Assembly (NCBI GenBank): GCA_964187785.1
Contig: OZ076417.1
Coordinates: forward strand, 34,224,001-34,288,000
Length of the DNA stretch: 64,000 bases
DNA from: Amphiscolops sp. MND2022
Lineage: Eukaryota
Reading direction: 5' to 3'
The notes beneath the pieces were generated by a model that saw only the letters and a list, made by a program, of their open reading frames with translations, was not told the origin of the DNA and searched no databases. Below, piece by piece: positions 1-9,483 of this stretch. Numbering within the stretch: the stretch's first letter is position 1; every line of letters starts with the position of its first letter. A program made the translations under genes and the position numbers.

Positions 1-58
1 CGCTCGCGAAAAGCAAAAGCAACAAATACTTTCAAACGTCAGTCAAGATACACAACAT

Positions 59-604
59 GTGCATCAAGAACAAAACAACATGAACGTTTCTGAAACAGTA
101 CAACAGTTATCAGAAGAGGCTCTAGTCGCGCAGCTGAATCTAAATTCAAGGTATCCTACAGAAACGGAGCTCCTTAAAAGCAGTGAAAAAGTGAACGAAT
201 CACGTCAGAAACCGTCCGATCAAGTTTTGTCGAGTTTACTGGAATCTGGCGTCACAGGCGGGAAAGTTGAGAGATCACGACAAATTTTGAAGAAGATTGA
301 AGATTGTGAGCGAACCACAATAGATGACACCAATCATATTATATTATTGGACCAACAAGACACAGGAATCAGTATAGTTGAATTTTTGTCTGCATTACAG
401 GTGAATACTAAACAGTTGCCGAAAAGGTTTCTAACTTTGGTTGAAGTTCTCAGACTTCCGCAATTTTTACTGGCCAACACCTATGCAAGGCACACTAGCA
501 GTCAGAATCAACATCAAATTAGACTTGCTGCCGGTGCTTCGCCCTACAAAAGACAGAAACTCGACAACGAAATCGCAACTAATCAGTGGCTCACGAACTT
601 TTGA
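59..604 (+). CDS. Hypothetical Polinton-associated protein (181 aa)
   Basis: Open frame packed directly upstream of the PHD and integrase genes; no motif I can name. The true start may be ATG 80 rather than the GTG used by the track. Confidence 0.5.
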   Translation: MHQEQNNMNVSETVQQLSEEALVAQLNLNSRYPTETELLKSSEKVNESRQKPSDQVLSSLLESGVTGGKVERSRQILKKIEDCERTTIDDTNHIILLDQQDTGISIVEFLSALQVNTKQLPKRFLTLVEVLRLPQFLLANTYARHTSSQNQHQIRLAAGASPYKRQKLDNEIATNQWLTNF

Positions 605-606
605 GA

Positions 607-797
607 ATGAAAAATAGAAGTGGTTCTGTGGATCATGCAAAACAGGTCTGGGTAAAGGGACAGAGAAAACTCCATCACTTTGGTGTCACGTTTGCGGATG
701 GGTTCACTTCAAATGCAGTGGACTAACGGACAGCAAAGACTATCACGACAATTTCTTGTGCTCCAATTGCAAAAAAACACCGAAAATTGCTAGATGA
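607..797 (+). pseudogene. Small PHD-finger protein (~63 aa) with one 5' frameshift; absent from the ORF track
   Basis: The frame from 621 reads WFCGSCKTGLGKGTEKTPSLWCHVCGWVHFKCSGLTDSKDYHDNFLCSNCKKTPKIAR*, a complete Cys4-His-Cys3 pattern. ATG 607 is one base out of frame. The stop overlaps the integrase ATG (ATGA, 794-797). Confidence 0.72.
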
Positions 798-1735
798 TGA
801 AGTAGACGGAGACTACGCATGCCTTCACAAAAATCCACGATTACTACACCAACCCTAAAAAGAGGTCTGCTTTCGGGGGTAGACTAAACTTGATAAAGGA
901 ATCCAAGTTCCGTCCAAAAGATGTAGAACGTTATTTGAACTCGAGCGAAATTTACACAAAATTCAAACTGACTAGAAAACGTTTTCCACGGTTGAAAGTT
1001 TTTTGCTGTAGGCTGAATGAAATTTGGTCGGTCGACTTGGCTGACATGCAACAGCTGGCAAACAGTAATTCCGCCATCATATATCTATTTGTGACTGTAG
1101 ACGTCCTGAGTCGTTATTTATGGGTTGAACCCATCAAGATGAAAACAGCACAGTCATGTAGAGAAGCGTTGAAAACAATCATTGACAAGAATGAAAGGCA
1201 AAGCCCAGAAAAAATTTGGGTTGACAAGGGACGTGAGTATTCCGGCGACTTTGCTACTTTTTGCAGTCAGAAGGGGATTCAGATTTATTCCACCAGAAGT
1301 GAGACAAAGTCTGCATTAGCCGAAAGAAATATTAGATCTCTAAAATCGTTAATATTCAAATATATGCACGAACATGACCAAAGTAGATATTGTGATAAAC
1401 TTGACCAATTTGTGGCAATCATTAACAATCGGGTGAATCGAATGACAAAGTTAGCGCCGTCTTCAGTTTCAAAGAAAGACGTCAACTATTTAGTTTCTCT
1501 CTGTCACATAAACGCTCAAATGAAGCCAAAGTTCAAAATCGGCCAACAAGTTCGCATTCGACGAAAGATTGACACTTTTCATCGAGGTTACAAAATACAA
1601 TTCACAGAAGAACTGTTCACAATTATAGCAATACCAACTACCAATCCTCCAACTTACGTTGTTAAAGATTGTGACGGCGAAATTATCCAAGGTAAATTTT
1701 ACGAGCCTGAACTCGTGCGATTCGCTCCACATTGA
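794..1735 (+). CDS. Polinton retroviral-like (rve) integrase with C-terminal chromodomain-like region; in-frame stop at 803-805
   Basis: DDE motifs WSVDLADM, WVDKGREY and ALAERNIRSLK. The N-terminus IHDYYTNPKKRSAFGG lies upstream of the track ORF (890) in the same frame. C-terminal PPTYVVKDCDGEIIQGKFYEPEL. Confidence 0.9.
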
Positions 1736-3263
1736 CAGTCTTCAACAATCTAGCGATGGCAGCTCAACTCTAAACACTAGTAGAGGGTTTAACTCAATAC
1801 GATGGTGTGTAAGTATTGAATGTGTGTATATGAATATGAACTATTGGGCATGATAAATGAACAATGTACAATGATAAAAAGAATGAGGTAGTACAATGCC
1901 AAAGACTTAAAAATAAGACGTTAAGATGAATTTCGGACGTCACAATAACGAATGTGTTACATTAGACAATACTGTGAACGTTGTGGATGGCAGAACGGGA
2001 AGAGAACGTCATATGAGTGATGTGACGTGAGTTGGAGAAGCGGATGTATCTTAAGTAGACTGGCTAGAAATTAACTGTTGTTATGTATTGGAAACATGTT
2101 ATATATTTTTGGTTTCTGGACAACGTCTATCATATGAACAAATCGTCGAAACGGAATAGCTAATCAATTTTGCGAAATGTTTACAAGAAAGACCTAATGA
2201 TCAAGTGGGCAGACATAAATTGTGAATTTAAAAATGCTTGATGTATTTTATTGTAACGTAATGAAATTCAGTGACAACCATGTAGTGGCAGGAAAAATAA
2301 ATGTTGCGAAAGTTAATTATAAGCGAAACAAAGTGCAAACTATATGTATGTGTCACATTACCAATCATGATATGAAATATCAAATGCAACTAATTTATAG
2401 TGCATTTTTTTAAAAAAATGTAGCATCATAGCCCGAAACATACTAGGCATTATCACACACTTCAAAGTATTGGCAATGTTAAGAAAAGAAACGGATTGCT
2501 GTTAAAAATTGTAGCCGTGGGAACCTTGTCTTTATTATGCAGACGCAATGAAAATTTTACTGAAATTTAGACAATTGTTATTGATAGCAATCCAGATCGT
2601 GACAAGGAACCGCTCTGACAAATTTGATGAATGTAAATGTGAAACAATAAGTATTTGCATGTAACAAATATGATGAACAGCAAATTTATGGGGTTATGCA
2701 TGGCGCACGAATTGATGAATGTAATGAAAGTAGCACGAACACATAACTACAAATTGTTGCATGTGAAATGTATTGACTATGGAGTGAACACTATGGTAAA
2801 TAAGGTAATGTAAACGTAATTTGGAAATTAATTATGAAATACACTTACACACTGAAAGGTAAAGACAAACGTAAATGTTACCAGTTTGTGTAACGTTGTA
2901 ATTAAACGACGTGTAATGAAGTTGTTATCCATTTTCTAATGTTCGAAGTAAAGAATGTAGATGAAGTAACCTGGACACATGAACCGGAACGTGAATACCG
3001 GTCGCCGCATTATAATGAAACGATTTTGGCAACTTACCATGAACAAAAGTTAGGGATGAAATTATCACCAAAGAGTATAACATTTAAAAGCAGCAACACA
3101 GGGTTTTGGTTTCGGGATTGGATAGGGATGCTTATAGGAATGCTGTAAGTTAAGAAAAAATGAATCTTAAAACAGTCCTCTTGGGTAGAGCCAACATGAC
3201 CCACCTCGGACAATAATGGTTGAACGTTAAATGATTGACAAAATGTTTAAACAAAGTATACTG

Positions 3264-4256
3264 TTAATGGTCAGCATCTGGAGAACCGTACATCATTAAT
3301 TGCTGTTGCTCATTAAGGGGCGCCACAGGAATTATAGCTGAGATGTGATAAGCAAAATTTCCACTGGTGACTCCCTCTTCGTCTATGGCGGGTTTAAACC
3401 ATCCAATGATGCGGACTCCCTGGGTGTTGAAAACATTACTGGCCAAAGCAGTGACTTTGTCTTCCATTTCAAACGTATCGACATTGTCAGAAGAGAGCTG
3501 TTCTGTTCGTTTGTTTGTATGAACTAACAGTTTAGTAAGCGAAGAAGAAGTTATTTCAACGTTTTTCTCCCCCGTAATCCTTTCGTTAAGTTCGTTACAT
3601 GAAATTTTGAATGTGATAGCCCAATGTCGCTTACTCTCAGCCACAATACAAGAACACGGAGGATTTGCACCATGTGCGTCGCACAGTTTTCCTGTGCACA
3701 CATTATCCTTCGGCATGGCTTGAACAATGCGGAAATTGGTAGGCTGGAAATCGAAGAAAACGTAATTGGGCACATTTATGTCATTAGGAGGAGCTTTGTA
3801 AAGTGTCCATCTTGCTGAAGGAATAAGGGGGTCGTTGATGCTGATCAACGGATTTTGCGTCGTTTTGAGGTATCCAATTACTTTAGGGCACAGAACCCAT
3901 ACGGGTGTTCCTGGTGTGATTTGTTGACTGTATCCAAGAATACGACGGGATTCCAGCGAGGTTTGAGTAAATGACAGGAGAACGTGATTAGTTCCTTCGA
4001 CACCGAATATGAGGAAGCGATCGTAGGAGCTGACTTCCTGGTGCCTGACTTTGAATGCGTTCTTAGCAGGCTTGTAATAAGTAAGTTTCTTGGGATTTGC
4101 AGTTGCATATAGGAAAACACATTTTAACTTGTAACGGGATGGCAAATCGTATTCATCACTGATTACTTCGTTGTACTGTTTGGTTTGAAATTTTTGACGA
4201 ACAATGTCTTCAACTTCTTGCAGCGGCTTATCGATTTTGATGTAGCCAATCGACAT
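3264..4256 (-). CDS. Hypothetical 330-aa protein with a Cys cluster (CTGKLCD...CSC); possibly OB-fold/ssDNA-binding-like
   Basis: Uninterrupted ORF. ATG 4256 follows a polypyrimidine-CAG acceptor-like site. The fold suggestion is inference only. Confidence 0.7.
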   Translation of the reverse strand: MSIGYIKIDKPLQEVEDIVRQKFQTKQYNEVISDEYDLPSRYKLKCVFLYATANPKKLTYYKPAKNAFKVRHQEVSSYDRFLIFGVEGTNHVLLSFTQTSLESRRILGYSQQITPGTPVWVLCPKVIGYLKTTQNPLISINDPLIPSARWTLYKAPPNDINVPNYVFFDFQPTNFRIVQAMPKDNVCTGKLCDAHGANPPCSCIVAESKRHWAITFKISCNELNERITGEKNVEITSSSLTKLLVHTNKRTEQLSSDNVDTFEMEDKVTALASNVFNTQGVRIIGWFKPAIDEEGVTSGNFAYHISAIIPVAPLNEQQQLMMYGSPDADH

Positions 4257-4743
4257 GTCTGAAATGTAGGAAAGAAACAAATAACCTAACTGAAGGAATT
4301 TTAATATGACATTAAATGCAAATTAGGTTCCAAAATAACGAATAGACTAACTGCGGCTTCAAAAGACCGTAACAGCTTAAAAATACGAGAACATGCAGTG
4401 GATCAAATGTTCAGCGAAAAATGTGACAATGTAACCCTAATTGAAGAATGTAATAGGAATTGTTTCAGCGGAAATTCACAAAAGTCGTTGGGAAAGACCA
4501 AATGGTGTGTTGCATGTAATAATATGCTGAAAATTTTTCCAAGCGACGCAGTAGATGTCAGGAAAACCGGGTTTATTACGAACAGATCCTTCAATGTATA
4601 AAACGAAATGATCGTCCATTAGCAAGTTCTCATTGTTGAAATTTTAAACTATTCGCTCCGTTTTCGGTCGCTGAAGCTCCCGCAAACTCGCGAATAAACC
4701 GCGTACAGTATTTGGAACATGCTGAAAAGAAAAGTGAAAAGTT

Positions 4744-4903
4744 GAAAAATTTAACTCCTTGAAACAATTGTAAAGTTGAAAAATGATTTACTGAAGAGGA
4801 AGATTACAAAAACAGCGTAATTTGAAAATTTTAACTCCTTGAAACAATTATGAAGTTGAAAAATGGTTTACTGAAGAAGAAGATTACAGAAACAGCGTAG
4901 TTT
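4744..4903. repeat. Tandem duplication, 2 x 80 bp
   Basis: GAAAAATTTAACTCCTTGAAACAATT...ACAGCGTARTTT occurs at 4744 and 4824 with a few substitutions. Confidence 0.85.
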
Positions 4904-5019
4904 AACATTAAACCTTGAAGGAAAGACGTTTGACGGTAAATGTAAACATAAGTCAATATGTAGCTAAATGATGATAAGTTAAAGAACGTTAAAGTGATGA
5001 CAAGGGTCGGTTATTGAAT

Positions 5020-5527
5020 TCAATACAGTTGACCGCAGCAACAGAATACAATGTTACCATAAACACCAGTAGCAGTTAATCTTTTAAATTCAAGCATGAA
5101 ATTGTCGATTCTCATTCCAATGAACAGAAGCTGCTGAACATCACTTTCCAAGGCTAGCCTATCGTTTTCGTGTGTGAAATTGTATGCAAAAGCTGCAAGA
5201 GACCATGGACGTCTATGAATAGGCATAGTGAAGGAACTACCGTAGCCCGAATTATGCTCTTGTAGTCGAACCATAACGCTGCGCTTTGTTTGCCCAACAT
5301 AAATAGTTTTGAAAGATTTGTCTTTGAGGCTGACAAGACAGTAAACGAAGCCATTAGAAACAACTGGAATTTCAACACGAATAGGACGATAATTTAACTG
5401 GGGCCATTGAACTTGAACTCCCGGAAATCTTCCTAATCGTCGAAGCAGGAGCAGCCTTTTGTCGACTTCAATCTCATGTTGGCTGGTAATTGAAAGTATT
5501 GTTTTGATGGTACGACAAGTTTGGTCC
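5020..5527 (-). CDS. Terminal exon encoding a GIY-YIG (SLX1/UPF0213-like) endonuclease, predicted to be spliced to the helicase
   Basis: Translation gives ...SNGFVYCLVSLKDKSFKTIYVGQTKRSVMVRLQEHNSGYGSSFTMPIHRRPWSLAAF...LALESD. The acceptor TTAAC...TTTCACCAG ends at 5528; the donor GTATGT is at 5678; the 151-nt phase-2 intron keeps the frame. Confidence 0.8.
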
Positions 5528-5678
5528 CTGGTGAAATGTATGTTGTTAATTATCTTTTATAATTAAATTATTGATGAAAAGCTATAAATGCCCAAATTTT
5601 AATCATGAAAGTATTAAATGACTTTTTCAGGTGACAGTTGAAAAAATAATTAACAAATTAAATTGCTTGACAACATAC

Positions 5679-8193
5679 ACGTCTCCAACGAAAATAACGT
5701 TGCGCAGATCTCGTACCCTGCTGATAATCACGTACAATTGCGAAGCGAGCCACAGAGTGTATTTTTTCTCTTCCACAGACAATTGAGTAGCTATTTTGGG
5801 AAAAGTATCTCCCATAAGCTTGTGACATGTCAGTGAATCGTAATTCGTGACGGGAATCTGCGTACGACGAACAGAAACTTTTCCCCACTTCATAGCAAAG
5901 CCTGTGACTTTTTTCAGTCTGCATGGTTGCCAATTTAAGTATAATTGTCTGGTAAATAGGTCGGGTGTAGCTATGGCATCTATTTCTGGGGCAATGTATA
6001 ATAATAAAAAAGGTTGAGCATTTGATGGAAGTTCAGCTACTATACCAATCTGTCCTTGGGAAAAGGAATCTGTATTTACGGTGAGCCTGACAACGGAATG
6101 TTTTTTCAGTACAACTTTACGTGGTTCGCGACACTCTCGGTCAAGGAATTTGGTTGCTTCGTCACTCGCTGGCACCCATTGTACACTGGAATCGTTACAT
6201 ATTTCGTCGTCTGCTACATATTGAACAAAAGGTTCACCTGAAGATGAAACTGCAATTTGATAACGATCCATGGCTTCACGCTCAGCGTCTTTGCGTCCAA
6301 AAACTTTCATTGTTGTGTAATCTGTTAGATCATTCCAAGATGGGACGAATGTACAATTTTGACTAATAATGGATGCTATGCGCAAAACGTCATGTTCTGG
6401 AATTGGACGCTGAGTCATCAAGTCCAATAGTTCTTGGCCAATGGGATCCAACATTCTCACCAAAGTAGTTAAAAAATGTATATCGAAACAAAAAAGGAGG
6501 GTGGTGCACAGAAACACGTCTGAGCCATCTATATTTGGCAATTGGTTGGTGTCCCCGTTCGCGATAATTAAAACTCCACCAAAAAGAAGAGAACTGTCAC
6601 GAACCTTCTGTAAAATGAGGTCAACAGTTGCTAACAGTTGACTACTTATAATTCCGATCTCCTCTAACACCAGTACGTCGAGAGACATCAATAAAGCTTT
6701 CCGTTCAGCATGATGATGAAGTTTCTTCAAAGCCTTCTCTACTGCCAAAGTGACATTAGCTCTGTCGTTGGGGTTAGTGCAGAACAGTCTGTGAATGTGC
6801 AGGCAATTGAAATGTTGCGCCCGTCGTGAAGCCAATCCAGTAACATAGCAAAAGAGGCCATTGAGCATGCCGTACAGAAGACAAATTGACGTCAAGTGAC
6901 TTTTGCCAGATCCTGGTTTACCCAGAACTATTTGATTTTTTTGAACCAATCGAGTTTGAATGTAGGAGTCGAGAACAAGTAAAAGTTTGTCAATAATTGA
7001 AGCTTGCTCATTAAACGAACGATCTGATTGGACGGGTAATTTAGTGAATACAGGAACCCAGTGCCCAATTGGCTGTTGAGGATATTGTTGAGGAATGTTA
7101 GTTACGTTGACGGGTTTCAATCGCTGGTATAAACGGTCTTGAGTTTCTGTCAAGAATGATGTAATTGAGCGTTCACATTGGTCAGTGAGATTAGTCATGA
7201 GGACCTCGGGAATACAATTGTTGCTAATGGTGTCGTTCAATACGAGATTTTCGATTGACTGCGCGGCCAAAACAAGCCGATTGGAGAAAGCAGTGTTGCC
7301 TCCAGGAAGGAATTTCAACTCCTCTGTAATGTACCGCGTAAGCAAGTCATCAGCGTCCGATTGAGTGAATGAAGAAGTGGAATGTAAAATACCAGCATCA
7401 ACGAAACATTGACGTAAACTTGTTGAAGCAAACAAATCTAATTCCGTATCGAATGAGCCCATCGTATATAACAAATGAAGCAGAAACTTGGAAGCGTTTT
7501 TTGGAGTGACCTTTGAAAATACCACTTCAGGAGGACAAGGGGATAAATTTGTTGTATCGCATACGTATGTTTCTTTATAATCATGAGTATGGAGGTTTTG
7601 TAAGATGACTTTGAATTGTCCAAGTAATGGATTTGATTGATCTTGTACAGTAGTTAACCACTGCTGTAAGAGTTCCAACGCGGTGGAACGAATTCGAACA
7701 ACACAACCGGTTCCATCAACCCATGGTCTTGGATTTTTCACCAACAAAGAAAAAGAGTTTAATTTCTTTGCTGGCGGACATCTAACGAAAAATTTGTAAT
7801 AGTTGTTCAGTTTACGTACAAAAAACAACTCCGGTGGGCGTATAGAAAATAAAGTAATCCTGTCGATGTAAAAGGGGGACTTCAAAGCGTCTTCAATGTG
7901 TGTTTTTTGTCGCTGCGTAAAACAATTGTACGTTGGAAAATTCAATTGTTCCCTAACAGTGAGTAAATCGTTAGAAGCTCCAGCAGGCCTGCGTTCATTG
8001 GAACATTTGTGAAGTATGCCCCCGCGAAATTCTAGAGCAATTGATGGCACATGAACAAAATGAATGTTTGTGATCACTATTGGTAGCTTCAACATCCACC
8101 ATAAGAACTCTGTCTGAGACACTTGCAGTGCGCTGATTGATGCAGTTGGTCTTTTTCTCTTTTCCTCAAAGTCTTTTCTTTTCGCTGCTCCTG
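5679..8193 (-). CDS. PIF1-family (SF1B) helicase region of the Rep-helicase protein
   Basis: Motifs GKPGSGKS, LASRRA, IHRLF, VLVLEEIG (EE in place of DE), ANGDTNQLP, TCHKLMGDT and QLYVIISRV. The frame stays open upstream of the track start to ~8200, where one base separates it from the Rep frame. Confidence 0.9.
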
Positions 8194-9483
8194 TTATTTT
8201 AAGTTTTGTATTTCAGGCGCTGTCACTGAAAAAGCATTGTCTGTGGTTCCCGGTTTGATGTGTACGCTGGCGTGCTCTTCCTTCCCAGCAGCATATTTAT
8301 TAAGGTATTTTGAACAAAACGTTTCTGTAATCATTTGTACATTACCACTGGAAAGGGTAAGTGCAAACAAAGTCGGGGAGTTAGGCATCAAGTGTTCGCC
8401 TTTGATTGCGGGATATTGATACTTCTGACATTGGAGTTGGCTCCCAGCAGAATAGTTGAAGTCGTCAATGTAATTGACAAGATTTAGCTTCTTCAGAATG
8501 ACTGCAGCTGGGTTGCTATATTTTTGTGGAATGGTTTTCAACCAAAAATCTTCTGATGGAGGATATGGTGGAAACCGGCATTTGGAAATACCAGAGAGCA
8601 AATCAGTCTTGTGGCAACGTTTGTTAACGGCATCGCAATCACGGGACTGGACTCTGACGAATAGATCAAACAGTATTTCAACGTCGTTCCATGTTTCTAT
8701 TAGTTGGAGGTTAGAATGGAAGAGGTTTCGAAACGCGTGTAAAACATGTTTTTTCGTGGAAAGAATCATTCTTTTAATAGTATCTTCGGAATCGGACAAC
8801 CATAAAAGGAAATGATAATGGGGAAAATTAGCCACTGCATCCTGAAATTCTGCTCGTCCCCATATCTTAGTTATGTGACCCAAAATGTGTTCTGAAGAAT
8901 GTAACAAATAATCAATCAAATGCTGAATTGTTTCGTTCCACATTTGAAGCATAATAGGCATGTGAAGTTGAACGGCAGCTTTATACTGTTCGGAGGTTTT
9001 GTCAGGAAACACTTTTTCAATAGCGCGTAACATAGGCGATATTCCAAAATGATGTCTCATATTCAACGTCAATGTAACAAAAAGCGCTGGTTTCTCGGTC
9101 CTCATAGCCTCACCAAGTTCTGCAATGTTGCGCTCAGAGTCAACTAAACTGAAACCAATGGATGAGGGTGGTGATTGAAGTTTGTTACCACGAATTTCAA
9201 TATTATGAACTCCCCGTTTAAAAAACTCTTGAGTTAGTGTTTTCTGTAAACTGATGTTTAGAAGCACATCGGTGAGAAAGAACAGGTAATTGATATTTGA
9301 GGAGACAGATAACTCCAAATTGGTCACCCGAGCAATAGCATGTTGGTAAAAACCGTGAAACCCGTAGGTGGAATTGTCTTTGTCGTCACCCAACAAAAAG
9401 TAAGGCATGGCACCCGTGAAGGAACCGTCCTTCTGTTGATGGTAGAATACACTGGGCGACATCATTGCTTCAGCCTGCAACAA
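8194..9483 (-). CDS. Helitron-type HUH Rep endonuclease region
   Basis: Motif I LFVTLTLN, motif II RAEFQDAVANFPHYHFLLW, a C-x-CRFP cluster and motif III KYLNKY (Y-x3-Y). Confidence 0.85.
   Translation of the reverse strand: MLQAEAMMSPSVFYHQQKDGSFTGAMPYFLLGDDKDNSTYGFHGFYQHAIARVTNLELSVSSNINYLFFLTDVLLNISLQKTLTQEFFKRGVHNIEIRGNKLQSPPSSIGFSLVDSERNIAELGEAMRTEKPALFVTLTLNMRHHFGISPMLRAIEKVFPDKTSEQYKAAVQLHMPIMLQMWNETIQHLIDYLLHSSEHILGHITKIWGRAEFQDAVANFPHYHFLLWLSDSEDTIKRMILSTKKHVLHAFRNLFHSNLQLIETWNDVEILFDLFVRVQSRDCDAVNKRCHKTDLLSGISKCRFPPYPPSEDFWLKTIPQKYSNPAAVILKKLNLVNYIDDFNYSAGSQLQCQKYQYPAIKGEHLMPNSPTLFALTLSSGNVQMITETFCSKYLNKYAAGKEEHASVHIKPGTTDNAFSVTAPEIQNLK

Noticed and set aside
1-604. Polinton packaging ATPase
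   Set aside because: No Walker A or B motif in the 181-aa ORF; the ATPase is presumably left of the window or deleted.
2939-3148. 69-aa plus-strand ORF
   Set aside because: No motif, and it is antisense to the element's genes. Minus-strand splice-like signals exist here, but I could not build a coding model.
4475-4725. 47-codon minus-strand ORF (MDDHFVLYIEG...) after an acceptor-like site
   Set aside because: Short, with no recognisable motif and no frame-consistent link to neighbouring genes.
8180-8215. Programmed ribosomal frameshift between Rep and helicase
   Set aside because: No clear slippery heptamer with downstream structure. Similar single-base shifts occur throughout both the Helitron-like element and the Polinton, which fits decay or sequencing error.
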